A DNA stretch of 64,000 nt from the human T2T-CHM13v2.0 reference genome, Homo sapiens: NCBI RefSeq assembly GCF_009914755.1, contig NC_060928.1, one strand, 5' to 3'. The position numbers and the translations under genes are program-made. The notes under the pieces are model-generated. The model was not told the DNA's origin, did not search any database, and was given only the letters and a program-made list of their open reading frames with translations. Every line of letters begins with the position of its first letter. Within the stretch, counting starts at the first letter, position 1. Below, piece by piece: positions 36,609 to 63,165 of this stretch.

Positions 36609-38238
36609 CTGCCTCCTACACGAGATATCTCTTTCTCTGGATCCTGACACTCAAGATCCTTAATTAACTCTGTCAGATTGTCCTTCATCTGTTTAATAAC
36701 ACCCATCCTGGCATAAATACCTCTACTCTTTCTCAGCAGGTAAAATGAGAAAATCACTCTCCTTTGCACAAAGGCATCTGTGCACTCCCTGCTTTCTGTC
36801 CATGCCTAATAACTCTACCTGAATCACCACAGAGATCACGTTTCACTTTTCTCAGGTATCTGAAAGATGGAGGCCTAGTCACCTCCCCCAGTGTTCATGC
36901 TGTCCTAAGAATGAGGTTAGTACAGGGACAGAAACAAATATTGTCTCCTCTCCGTTACCCACTGTAGGAAATACGGCCTCTTAGTTGTTGTCTTTTCTCA
37001 GTAGGAGAAGGGATTTCTTTTTTCTATCACAGAAAACACCCCAGAAGTACATCTGTGGCGGAATCTTGCAAAAGTAATGCCCTCCGAGAATCCAATTATT
37101 CAGGTTCTCTATGACTCAAAATCTTTAACTCTCAGGGGTTTGGGTTTACCCTGCAGGGGCAGGCAGCCAAAAAATGAGCAGCTAGAAGGAGTGAAGAATT
37201 TCCTAAGGGACAGCAGACACCTGTTACATTCGAATCCCCAGAAGCCAAAGGCTATCCTCTAATTTTCTGAGAGCTAATTGTTCCAAGGCCCAAAGGGACT
37301 CTCTACATAATCAATTTCTGCAGAGACTTCATTCCCTGGTAAGAATAGCCTTTTCCTTTAATTTTTTTTTTTTTTTCTGATGAGCTTAACCCATTTAATT
37401 CCATCTAATTCTTTAATGAAGTTCTGTTTTCCATACGGATTCTCACATTTTTAAGTATATTGTCCACTTCTTTCCTATAAGTATTGGTGAGAATGTCTGG
37501 CTTGCACAACTTGAGCTGTGCCTACCCAATGTCAAGAACAAAGCAAACGAAAAACAAAAGATCCAAAACAAGACCGGTTCATTGATTTGATCATCAGTTG
37601 GACAATTAGTTAAGCTGATTGCTTTACTGAATTAGCCAGTGATTTGGTCAATGTGATTAGTTGATTCACTTAACACTGTCAAACCATCTAGATAGCCAAA
37701 TTCCAGAAACCTTTTAAAATAACTTGTGTTCTCTTCCTTTAAAAGTAAGCAAAAATAAGGCTCCTCTGAATTTTTTTGGGGGGGTGGGGGATTCTGTCAA
37801 CTCCTGAGGAAAGTCATGTGGCTAAGAATTGTACAAAGAAGCAGTGCAAAGGCACTTGCCATCCACAAACAACAAACCCATCTAAGAAGTACTGATACTA
37901 CAGTAAAGAATCCCTGGAAATATAAATATTCAGGCTCCTGAGGAATTTTTAGTTAATCTTATTGGACATTTTGCAGTCGCAGACTCCTATCTATGAATTT
38001 CAAATGGATTCACTTTTTTCTTTTTTAAAAAATGGCAAAGGGTAACAAGTTGATTTTTCAATACAGTCTCACAGGGTCTTCTTGGTGGTCTGCAGTTTGA
38101 CCCCTGATGAAATATTAATTATAAACTGCCATCCTGGGCAGCAGTAGGTCTCAGATGGGGGTCCTGTATTCACTAGTAAGTGGATATTTTTTCAAATTCT
38201 AAAAGATTTTATTCCAAGGGTACCCTGGTCTGACAGAA
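36609..38238 (-). pseudogene. Four consecutive pseudo-exons (38073-38238, 37860-37913, 36959-37150, 36609-36707)
   Basis: Lengths 166/54/192/99 nt give phases 1-2, 2-2, 2-2, 2-2; e.g. DSLL*YQYFLDGFVVCGW|VNPNP*ELKILSHREPE*..., MGVIKQMKDNLTELIKDLECQDPEKEISRVGG; one GC donor. Confidence 0.6.
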
Positions 38239-38998
38239 CTATAAAGTACATAATTTTTCATCAACCTCGCTAATCCAGCCCCAGTCGCTGGCTATATCCC
38301 AGGCCCTCTGGCTAATAGGCTGCAGCCTTCAGGGAGGGGCAGGTACTCCCGGGTTTGGTGGCTGCAATGAAGTGCCCTCACTTCTTCCTATCTTTCTATC
38401 CTTACTATTTCCTGACCCCAATACCAAGGCATACTCAAACATGTGTATGTATGTGTGTGCGCACACATGCACACACAGGCACACGTGCACACACCTCATT
38501 TTAAAATTATTTTAAGAAGTTGGCAGCTTATAAAAGTAAAAGCTCACCTTCTCTATAGCCTTTTGTTAATTTCTCCCCTTTTTGGTGAGTTTTCAAATAC
38601 AATGATCAGAACAGCTGAGTAGGGGAGAGACATAAAAACATGTTGGATATGATGATATATGAGTCTTTAAATAGCCTGCTAAACACAGAAAACACTCATT
38701 TGTCTACACCTCAGTTTCCCCTTTCAAAAAATGAGGGCAACTGTGTCTGCCTGTGATTTGAGAAGGATGAACAGGATCATGTTTTCAAAGTCTCTTTAAG
38801 CTTCTCTGTACAGCGGTGCCAGCAAAGAGCAAAGTATTGTTTTCCTTCGGGCAGAATAATTAAAACAAAATCTCCTGAGTCCCATCTTCATGCATGTCTC
38901 TCAAATTGATCATGTGGTGATTTTTAAGAACAGAGCAGCTCTGTGTCATTTATTTATAATAGTTTTTCATTGTTACAGTGGGGCATTCATAGCCATAC

Positions 38999-40100
<1,102 letters not shown>

Positions 40101-40515
40101 CTATTAGCAATGGGTAATATAGTTTTCTGGCTTTCATTTTATCAATACTTTCAATCATGTGTTCATACAATCGGTTTACTCTGTAAACATTTATTTCCTG
40201 TTCTATTCCAGGCAAAGTGCTTGGCTCTGGGGCAAAGGGCCCTTGCCCTCAAGGAATTTGCCTACTGATCTGCCCCACACCCACTGCCTCTGGTTGTGCT
40301 ATTTGGGTTGTTAGCCTTTTTAATTTTTTTCTTGTTTAAAAAATATAGCTTATTTATTTATTTTTGGAGACAGAGTTTAGCTCTGTTGCCCAGGCTGGAG
40401 TGCAGTGGTGCGATCATAGCTCACTGCAAACTTGAACTCCTGGGCTCGAGAGATCCTCCTGCCTTAGGGTCCCAACCAGCTAGGACAAAAGTTGCATGTG
40501 ACCACACCCAGCTAA

Positions 40516-41079
<564 letters not shown>

Positions 41080-42145
41080 CTAATAGAAAAAAGTCAATTC
41101 TGGAATAGAAAGAGGATTTTTCCTTGCTCTGCAGGACGGGATGCAACTGGCATTTGTGTTTACAGATGATAGTATTGGTATCATTCTAGAAGAGACTGCT
41201 CTTAAATTGTTTCCACTTCAGTGACAATGGATTCATACTTATCTATGTATTCCTTCCTGACCCTTATGACCAATGGAATTCCCTGGGGAGAGTGTGGACA
41301 AGATCTAAAGTCATATTAGTTAAGACTCTTGGGCGGCAAGTGACAGAAACCAAAAGGACTCCACTTAGGCACAAAGGGGGAATTTGGTATACATATACAA
41401 AAGTGTGTTGAGGAACCAAACGCAGGAGTACAGCCAGACCTTAGGAAGGGCAAAGTTGAGAACGAAAAAGCATCCGCATTCCCACGATGCACCCTTGGTT
41501 CATCTTTCCTCCACTTTTTTTGCACATCTAGCTCATTCTCTGACACTAGAGTCCTGCTTTCTCTGCTTCTTTATCCACAAGGCTGAATATGGCTGAACCA
41601 CAGCAACAAGTTTAGAGGTGATTGTTCTCTCATTCACAGAGACCGTGTGCCTGTCTCTCCATTTCTTCCTTCTGGGAGAAGGAATCTGATTGGCCCTGCT
41701 TGAAACAAGTGTTCAGCTCTGTCCAATCACCTGAGGCCAGCTAGGTGAGTCACTCACATGGGCAGAGTCCCTGGAAGCCCACTTCTGTGGATGGGGTGCG
41801 TCTCAGAAAGGTAGAATGGTTTGAGAGCTGGTATGTTGAGTTTTGGTAAAGATACCCCAAGAAGTGTCTCCAGGGTGGCCACCAAATTCTTGAAACACAG
41901 GGAAAAGCATAATGAATGGGTTATAAATCGTACATAATAAAAATAGTATTATCTATGTTTCCAGACTTGCTGGCCACCTCATACTACAAGGAATAGAGTT
42001 TACAGCCCTAAAACAGAAGGATTCTACAGGGAATGAATTTGTGATGTTGTCATTAGCCTGGATGTCCATTTATCTGAGCTAATCGGTCATAAATGCCCAT
42101 GTGGCTCATGTAAATAAGATTCGTACATAATAAAGAGATAATTAC

Positions 42146-42385
42146 CTCAGCTTTCTAGTTGCAACCAAATATCCTCTAGTTACAGAGGATACTTAGCAGG
42201 CTAATTAGTAGCATTCATTACCCTGCCCCTAGTTCCCCAAGAATGATTCATGTGAGATCCTAAGTAACTCAAACCCTAGTGCTCTGATTTGGAACAAAAG
42301 GAACTGAGAGCTAGAGGGATGGCCCCAGAAGGAGGCTCTACAGCTTGTTGCCATACAGCCAGAGAGGGGCATTAATTAACAACAC
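42146..42385 (-). pseudogene. Pseudo-exon with JmjC distal His region (240 nt, phase 1-1)
   Basis: ...GLSYLGSHMNHSWGTRGRVMNATN*PAKYPL*LEDIWLQLES*; comparable to IPSGWIHAVYT...GGNF...PMQL; acceptor aagcag|, donor G|GTAATT. Confidence 0.6.
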
Positions 42386-42477
42386 CTGCTTGAAATAATG
42401 CACAGGACATGCCTGGCTTCAGCTTTAAACTCTTAGTGTCTGCATCCTTGTGCTCCTTCTATTTATCCTCCAAATAC

Positions 42478-42625
42478 CATACACGTAGGCTCAGGGGACA
42501 ACCGGATGGTACACTCAAATGATGACAAAACCATTGAGATTCACATAAATTAATAATTTGCCTTTCCAGTCGACGTGGAAATCCGTCAGCACTCTATTGG
42601 CAATTTCTATCAGCTCTCTTTCAAG
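42478..42625 (-). pseudogene. Pseudo-exon with JmjC HxD motif
   Basis: LIEIANRVLTDFHVDWKGKLLIYVNLNGFVII*VYHPVVP*AYVY; resembles KDM2/PHF8 TDFHVDFGGTSVWYH..G.K.F.LIPP; donor G|GTATTT. 5' boundary uncertain. Confidence 0.7.
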
Positions 42626-42639
42626 CTCTGTCTCAATTT

Positions 42640-43350
42640 ATCCCAGATCTCAGAGCTCCTCACCACCTCCATTGCCAATGTGTAATCAAGCCGTAATCAT
42701 CTCTTCTTGATTACTGCCACAGCCTTCTAATGGGTCTCCTTGCTTCAACTCTTGCCCCTCTGCACTCCATTCTCCATAGTGTGATCTTTTAAAAGTGCAA
42801 AGCATATCCTGTCAGTACCTTTAACATTGCACTTACAGAAATAACTTCCAGATTCTTTACTATGGCCTACAAGGACCTAAGGGATATGGGTCCTGTCTGC
42901 TCCCCTTCTCTCACTTAGTACCATCTCCCCCACCCCACCCTCTGTCCCCACTTTTTTTTAATTTCTGTTCTGGACTCTACCAACCTTATTCTGGCTACAG
43001 GCTCTTTGCACTGGCTATTCCCTTAGTCTGAAGCACTTCTACCCCAGAACTTCCCATGGCTGGCTCCCTTCATCATCCAGGTCTCATCTCTGATGTTTCT
43101 TCTTTAGAGATGCCTTCCCTGACATTTTAACTAAAGCAAAACCATCTATTCCCCATCTCCCCCACATATCCCACACTAATTTCTTCACATTATGATCTGA
43201 AATTATTATATTAACATACTTGTCTGCATTTTTATCATGTTTTCCCCCCCAGAAGGTAAGCTTCATTAGGACAAGGATCTCAGGTGATTAATCTTGTTCA
43301 CTATTGTGTCCTTAGCACCTAGCACATAGCAAGTGCGCAATGAATGGATA
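42640..43350 (+). mobile_element. L2 LINE remnant
   Basis: ggtctccttgcttc...aggtaagcttcattaggacaagg...agcacctagcacatag; boundaries approximate. Confidence 0.7.
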
Positions 43351-43362
43351 TTAACTCTACTA

Positions 43363-43687
<325 letters not shown>

Positions 43688-44750
43688 CTAGCCAAGATTT
43701 TTAATTATAGAAATCTGTTAATATAAAATTTATAATATCAACTTTATATTTTCTATAAAATGCTACACAGAGGCCAAGAGTGGTGGTTCATGCCTATAAT
43801 CCCAATACTTGGGGATGTTGAGCTGGAGGACTGCTTGAGCCCAGGAGCTCAAGATCAGCCTGGGCAACATAGCAAGGCTCCATCTCTACAGAAAAAAAAA
43901 AAAATTATAAATTAGCTGGGCATAGTGGGGCCTGCCTTTAGTCCCAGCTACTCAGGATGCTGAGGTAGGAGGATCATTTCAGCCCAGGAGTTTGAGACTG
44001 TGCTGAGCCATGATTGTGTCACTGTACTCCATCCTGGGTGACAGAGCAAGACCCTGTCTCAAAAAAAAAAAAAAAAAAAAAGCTACCCATTAGGTCCAAG
44101 TTGTACTCAAAGTGATTAGGTTATGAAATTGAGGCTTGCCATGAAGGTGGTTATATTAAACAAGTAACTTGTATTACCTTGATAAGATTATTACACTTTC
44201 TTCTGCTTATTAATGTTGAAACATTTATAAGTTAGGAATGCTTTGGTTATAAATAGCAACATATCTGACTATAATTTACATCTGTAGAGCTGTTCTGGCT
44301 CCTTATACTATGTAACAAAACACTCACAAATTTGTGGCTTAAAACAATATTCATTTTGCTTCCAAATCTGCAATTTGGGCAGGGCTCAGCAGGGGAAGCT
44401 CATCTGCGCTCCACTTGGCTTCAGCTGGGAGTGGGCCGCAATCACCTGAAGGCTATTCACCTGCTTACTTGGTGCCTGAGTAGATTCAAATGTCTAGGGG
44501 CTGGAACAGCTGGGGCCCCTTGGGCATGTATCCCTTTGTGCTTCCTCCATGTGATCACTCCAGCATGTTGCTCTCTTCCATTTGTTAGAAGCAACAAGCT
44601 CAAGCTGATCCATAATCAAGGGAAAAAGAATTAGACTTTTCCTTTTGATGGGAAGAGAGTCAAATAACTTGTGAATCTGTTTTTCTTGCATAAGAAAAAG
44701 TACAAAGAGCAATATCCCAAGGCTATTGCAATGGCTCAACAATGTTATTA

Positions 44751-45049
<299 letters not shown>

Positions 45050-45986
45050 CTAAAAAAACCAAACCAAACAAAAAACAGCCCAGTCTCATGCAGTGGCTCA
45101 CACTTGTAATCCTAGCAGTTTTGAGAGGCTGAAGCCTGAGGCCAGGAGTTTGAGACCAGCTTGGGCAACACAGTGAGACCACTGCCTCAAAAAAAAACAA
45201 AACAAACAAACAAAAAAACCAAAAAAACCCCAAGCTCTTTTGACCATTTTTCTCAGCATCTTTAGGGTCTTGGCTTATCATGTTATGTTGATATAATGGA
45301 ATGGCTTCTGCATCTCCAGTCATCACACCTGTATTTTAGGCAGAACAAAGGCAGAATGTCATTTATTCTCCACCGTGCCCCTGTATAACCATGCGGCTGA
45401 ATTCCTCTTAGATTAAATTGCATCGCATGGCGCTGTCAGGAGCTCAGTAGAGCTGGAAGGGAGCTGAGCTGTCAGGTGTTAGAGTAGCCACTTGAAGCTA
45501 CAACAAGCACAAATGGAAGTAATAGCGAAGACTTTAATCCCGCACTGCAGTAGTACAAGCAAGAGGCTAACACTGGAGGGAGTGCTGAGCTCTCCTGCTT
45601 CATTTTCCCCTTGGAACAATGCACCCATACGGTTCAGGGTCAGGAGGATCAGCACAGATGTGGGGGTCATCTCACTCTTGAGGGGGCCCCTAACCAAAGG
45701 CTTCCTGAAGGGTTGTGGACCAGGGGCTGGGGAGTTGGGTAGTGAGAGGGGAAAAAGCTGAGAGTGTAAAAGTACTGAGTCAGAGTGAAGAAAGGTGTCT
45801 TCCCTTAAGGGTCCCTGAGCCCTCCGAACAGAGCACCTGGACTAGGAAAGCAGATCCACAAAAGGGCAGGAGCAGCCAGAGGAGGCTGACCTCTTGCCAG
45901 AGACTCTCTGAGGTGGCACCGGCTGTGCAGCCTTCCGGTGAGGCCTGACGGGTGATGCCTCTGGAATAGCAGTCGGTCAGGCCTGA

Positions 45987-46268
<282 letters not shown>

Positions 46269-46918
46269 TGATCCTCCCGCCTCGGCCTCCTAAAGTGCTG
46301 GGATTACGGTCGTGAGCCACCGTGCCCAGCCACACATGGGATTTAAGCAGGAACCAGACTCCTCGGGTTCCACCTAGCCATGGGCAATTGGGGAAGTTGA
46401 AAATTTCTCTCTTTAGCCTCCACAACAGAGAAAGACAAGGGCACAGGTGACTGGCAATGAATGGCGAGTGAACAGATGGACGTTATCTGCCAGGCAGCAT
46501 AAATTCCCAGAAAGAATGCTCAATGTTTGATGATTCAACTATACATTTTAAAACATGTTGTATGTTATATATGTAGCAGACATCAAATAAGAGAAAATGT
46601 GAGTTTGAGCAGAGAAATGTCAGGGAAAAAAATTGGGGAGGGAGGAAATGAGAGGAAAGGGTAGGGACAAAGACGGATCCTCTGAAGTCCACAAGGACAA
46701 GAGGTGAGTCCAACACCTGGGACTTTAGTTTCTCAAACCCAAGTTAGGTTGGTTTTGGTTTCATGTGACTTGCATGGTGGGGACAGGCCCTCCTGTGTCC
46801 TGTCCCTTCTGCATCTCGCACCCACTGTGCCTTGCCTCACAGCATCACAAAATTTGTGTAGCTTCTTTCTGGCAGTAGCAGGATAACTCCTTTGTCAGCA
46901 TTAAAGATTTATAATCCA

Positions 46919-47316
<398 letters not shown>

Positions 47317-47825
47317 TTATTTACCATCTTCTCTGTTAGGCTTCAACAGCTGTAGGACCGTGCTCATATAAAAAAGAAAAGAAAAGAAGGGAAAAAAGTC
47401 TTCTTGCTAAATTCATTTCTTTAACATTTAATTTTTTTTTCCTGCCAAAGTCAGAGATGAATTAGCAATTACTTGGGAGCCAATTAAAATTCACAGTAAG
47501 CTATTCTCTGACCCTTGGGTCAGGAACAAATTTCCTATAAACCTTAGGAGGGTATCTCTCCTGGGTTTTTTGAGGGTGAGAAAAATTCATATCCTGCGCT
47601 CCAGTTCTCATTCCTCATACAGAGTGGTGGCCAGCGTGTTCCTGAGACATTGTTTGTGCAACCCAGAGACAACTCTTAATTCCCCGCTCAGTTATTTCTC
47701 TGTGATTTGGAGAGAAGATGTGGCTACAGCTGCCAGTGACTCTCAGCTGCGATTCTATGGAAGTTGTGGCAAGAAGACACAACTGAAGAAGGGAAAGATT
47801 CTCTGTTTTCCACAGTTCTGAGATT

Positions 47826-47916
47826 TGTGCCTTGCCTCACAGCATCGCAAAATTTGTGTAGCTTCTTTCTGGCAGCAGCAGGATAACTCCTTTGTCAGCA
47901 TTAAAGATTTATAATC
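47826..47916 (+). repeat. 91-bp direct duplication of 46826-46916
   Basis: Two transitions between the copies. Confidence 0.93.
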
Positions 47917-48651
47917 TGTAGAGCTGAGAAGAGAGCTGAGAAGAGACCTGAGTAGAAAGCTAGCATTACCAGGTGTTTAGCAGGTGTCAAAAACATGTTA
48001 AAGTTGAAGAGCGTCTTCTTTTCCATGAGGCAATGATACAATTGCATGGTGTAGGATCTGTGAGTGACTCTATACAAATAGAAAAGTCTATGTCACAATG
48101 TTTAGAACTTCCCACCCCAGTAGGATTAGAAAACTCTCAGATTCCTGGTAGTTGACAAATCCTTTTTGTTGGTGAGAAAAAACAACCTTTGACTTGGAGT
48201 CATTAAAAGGATTGGATACCTAAAAGGATTGGATACGTGCGAAGAAAGACAGTCTCTTTCTGTCTCTATATTTATATAAGAGCAAACGCTTTCCAGCATG
48301 GCACATCTGAAGATAATATGCCATCTCTGATACTGTGCTGTCAAAGGGACAGGAAAAAAAAAAGATTTATATAAAAAGAAATGCAAATATAACTAGCTAG
48401 TTAGCCAAGAGGGCAAAAGGAGGGAAGGCTTACATTAACCTGATCTTCACAGTCTCTAAAAACCTGACAAGAGAAATATGAATTTTAACTAGCTGCCAAG
48501 CAATTGGTTATTCATGCATGACATGAAAAGCAGGGGAAACTTTAATTTTCTCCTTGTCAGTTTTAAACAGAGAGGCTGTCAATTCAGCAAGTGCAGCTAC
48601 TAAACATATTACAGAAGGGCACCATCCTACCAACATCCAGTCTCAAGATGA

Positions 48652-48906
<255 letters not shown>

Positions 48907-51900
48907 TAGTAGAGATGGGGTTTCACCACATTGGCCAGGCTGGTCTTGAACTCCTGACCTCAGGTGATCCGCCCGCCTCGGGCTCCCAAAGAGCTGGGAT
49001 TACAGGTATGAGCCACCGCACCCGGCCTATGCACTGTTTCTTTTACTGGGTAGCACCATGTTCCCTGAGTTCTGCTGTCACCCTGCATTTCCAGTAAGGA
49101 AACAAGCAGCCGCTATGAACTCCTCTTCCTGGGTCATTGTCTGACACCATCAATGGGATTCTTTGGTCACATGTGATTTTTCCAGTCACTGGTCTGGTGT
49201 TAATTTAGTTAGAATCAATTTAACAACAACAACAACAATATTAAGCACTTTGTTAATAGTAGGTTCTAGGGCTCTGTGTCAAGTACCAGGTTTTCAAATA
49301 TGATTTTAAAAAGTGCTGTCAGGCCCGTTTTAAAAGTGGTGGCTCACACCTCACTGAGGTTGCAGTGAGCCGAGATCGTGCCACTGCACTCCAGCCTGGT
49401 GACACTTTGGGCAGCTGAGGTAAGACTGCTTGAGCCCAGGAGTTCGAGACTAGCCTGGATAACACAGTGAGACCCTGTCTCTTAAAATAAAAATAAAATA
49501 AAATAAAGTACTGTCATCTCCTATGGGTGGGCTGTAAAAAAATATAAAAATAAAGTGCCGCAAACCATTGGCCATCTGGTAATAGTCATAGACATCCCCA
49601 GAAAACCTTTGGGTGTTTAGTAAGTGTGATGCATATTAATTCACTCAACAAACATTTATTGCTATAAATTGCTATAATATTCCCACTATGAAGAATAAGA
49701 AATACGCTAAGGACATAAAGAGATGCCGTGGGGAAGGTCCAGAACTGCTACAGAAAGACTGGCCAGGAAGGACCTCCCTGGGAAGGAGAGCTTTGTATTT
49801 GAACAAAGCTCTGCATAATGAGGAGCCAGGCGAGAAAAGATGAGGCGGGAAAGAGTTTCAGGTCAACTCCAAGGCCAGGACCAGCTTCCAGAGATACAAC
49901 CAGGGGCCAGACTCCAGGGCTGCGTAGATCCTGGTAAGGAGATGGAATTTTATTCGAATTGCAACAGGAAGCCGGTGGAGGGTTGATAAAATTCTTTGGC
50001 TGCTGTGCAGAGCAAGAGTGGAAGCAAGGATTTCAGTTTAAAGGCTTTGCAGCCGCCCAGGCAAGCCGGGATATTGTTCTCTGCAAATGAACACTCTGTC
50101 CTATCTGGTTCATACTGACATTCTGATTGAGCCTTACATGAATTAAATGCCTAGTGTGTGTTTGGCTAGATGATTTTCAGTCTAAATTAGATCATTATGT
50201 CCTTAGAATATCAAGGTTCCACTGACCTATTGTTGAGAACTCTTAAAGCGTTTGCTGTGATCTAGCTACTCCGAATGTACCCCTTTGGAAACAACGTCAG
50301 GCATTTGAGAAATATCTGACTAGGGCCAGAATCAGAGGCCCATGAAATGGAAGAATTCACTGGTAAAGAAACAGTACTTAGTTCACAGCCTTGTTCATAG
50401 CTGTATCCCCAGCCCTCAGCATAGAGGCTGACACACAAATATTTGTTGAAGGTGTTAATATATGAGCCTAGTAAGAATTCAGGAAATGCTACAGTGAAAT
50501 TTTAGTAGCCCAGCACCCCAACCAGCTGAGCTAAGTAGCCTTGGACACTAGCCGTGGTGTTTGAAGACTGTTTTTTCAGAAGGATGGGAATGGACCCATA
50601 TCTCCTCCAAGCTTGGCATGCCCACATCCAAGCTTTATCGCTGCTGAAAGCTTCCTGAACTGCCTGACCACGGACAATCCCATCTCTAGCTAGTCCCCAG
50701 CCCCCACCTGCGAAACCCTCATCCTCCAGAGATACTCTGACCAGCTGCTGGCTCACACCCAGCGGGCGCCTGGCCCCTCACTCAGCTTCCCAGCTGCCTC
50801 TTCCTCTGCCCCCCTTCCCACCCTGCACCAAAACAGGGGTGCCTTTTGTGGGAGCAATCAAGCCCTAAATCACTATTTATATTTTTCGGAGTAAACTTAA
50901 CGCTGAGAAAGGGTTCTGGAATGACTGCACTGGGGACTGAAGCCCATCTGGAAACATGAATAATGTGAAATATATCCCTCCATGGATTCCCCACAAGACC
51001 AATTACATTATCATCCTTTCTGAGAATTTCTGCCAATTTTTTATGGGGTCACCAGAAAGTTATATCTTAAGTGAAAACTGCACAGATTTATATAGGGGGT
51101 AGTTAACTGGTGGAGTGAGGTATGTGGAAGTAAACTGCAGGAAACTGTGATACTCCACAGATGGGAATGTGTGTCGATTTGGCTCTTCACTTTAGGAAGT
51201 GGAATGGATTCATTCTGCCGTTTACTGAATGACTACTGTGTGCCACACACTCTTCTAGGCACTGGGAAGAGAGCAATAAACAACACGAATGTTGCCCTCA
51301 TGGAGCTGATATTTTAATAGCCTTGGAAGATGGGCTATGAAAGGCTCACGATAAAATGGTGCCCAAAGCCAACATGTGACTTTTAGTCCTGTTTGTGGTA
51401 TAGACTCACCGAGCAATGTGAAGAAACTGAGTTTCTTGCTTCATCACAGCTGAGGGTGAGATAGGTGTGCTGCCCTTTCTCAAGAATGTGGGGTGGAATC
51501 GTATTCATTGTTTGAAAACTCAGAATAATAAGAGATTTGGCATTTATGTGTTCGTGCATACTTCTCTCCTCAAGCTGCAAAGTTCAACCAAGAGGTATTT
51601 GGCAGAAGGCCTTTTGCTAAAGCAATCACCTGACAATGTGAGTGGGGATCTGAGCCAGCCAGGTTCTACCTCCACTGGAGAGGTTTGATTAGGTGATGAG
51701 CACACATTATTCATAAAATTGCAGAGCGGCTGTAATTTACCACATCATGGCTGGAAATGATCTGCCTCCGAGGAGCAATGTCAATGAAGGGTTATCTTCC
51801 CTAGTGTCAGTAGTTCTTAAACTTTAGTTTCCAAGGAAGCACTGCATGTGTCTGTAACAGAAAGATACCCGTTTCTCCCCTAACAACTCAAAATGAGAAG

Positions 51901-53149
51901 GTCTGGGAAAGGGTCCAAGAATTCATATTTTACCACTATCCCTGCTCATTGGGCTGCAGGTGGTTCTACACTCAGAGAACCCCCACGCTGTGTTCACCAT
52001 AAGACAGAGGATTCAGACCTCTAATTCCCCTCACCCGGACACAAGAGCATCTTGGCTCAAACCTCTTCTTTGGAAGGGAAGGAGAAAGGGAAGCTGGTTG
52101 GAACAGTTTCCTTTACTGATTATAGCTTATTCCTTTCTCTCGTGAATTCAGCAAATAGAGTTTGGCAACTACAATGCACAAGGTGCAGCCTACCCACTAG
52201 AGCGAGGATTTTCCAATAATGAACTGATGCTTCCCAGCCCCTGTCCCCTGGAGCGGAAGAAGTTTGTTATGGATGAGGGAATGGAATTAACGGAGCCTGA
52301 GCTGGCCGGCACTGCACTATGCGAAGTGCCCTCTCAAACACCCTTTCATTTAATCTTCCCAAGTTCTGCTCCTCATTTCCTTCAAGTCTTTACTGAACTA
52401 TCCCCTTTGCAGTGAAACTTTGCAGGATCACCCTAAAGCAAACTCAACGCATCAAAAGCTGGACTCCTGATAGTTCCCCCCAACCTTTTCCTCCCAGAGT
52501 CTTCCCTGCCTCAGTAAAGAGCTATTTCATTCTCCCAGTTGCTCAAGCCAAAAATGGAATCAATTTAGTTCTTCTGCATCCCGTATCTGATCACAAGTCC
52601 TGTTAGCCCTGCTTTTAAGATACATCCAGAACCCTGCCATCTGCCCGTCTTCTGTTGCCATCACGCTTGTCCACACCCTCCTTACCCCTTGTCTGGGTGA
52701 TTGCGGTGGTCTCCCAGCTGCCCTGCCAGCGTCTGCCCTGGTCCCTCTTCTTGACTATTCTTGACCCAGCGCCACCATGTTAAAATACAAATCTGATCGG
52801 GTAACTCCTCTGCTCCAAACTAGGTTTCCTTGTCACTCCGAGTAAAAGCCAAAGTCCTTACAATAACCCACAGGGCCCTGACCTGCCTTGCTCTCCCCTG
52901 TTTGCCTCTTTCTGCTCTCCCCTCACTTGCTCCTCCTGCCCACACCATGCAGTCCCAATGTGGCATCTTTGCACTTGCTGTTCCTGGAATTCTCTTCCTC
53001 CATTTGTTCACACGGCTGGCCTAGATCCCGCCACACCTTTTCATAACTACTGCTTTCTCAGTCGGGTTAGCTGGCCTCCCTGTCGAATGTTGGAACTCAT
53101 CTACTATTTTTCCTATCCATCTTTCTATTTTGCACTAACATCTCCATAT

Positions 53150-63165
<10,016 letters not shown>

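Noticed and set aside
42000-42140. WAFMTD / NDNI as the GT acidic motif
   Set aside because: Lies past the donor at 42146 in a stop-rich frame; the motif near 40740 fits the surrounding order much better.
51480-51560. ISYYSEFSNN resembling GREB1 N-terminal RYFTEFSNH
   Set aside because: Too short, and the flanks do not align; treated as chance.
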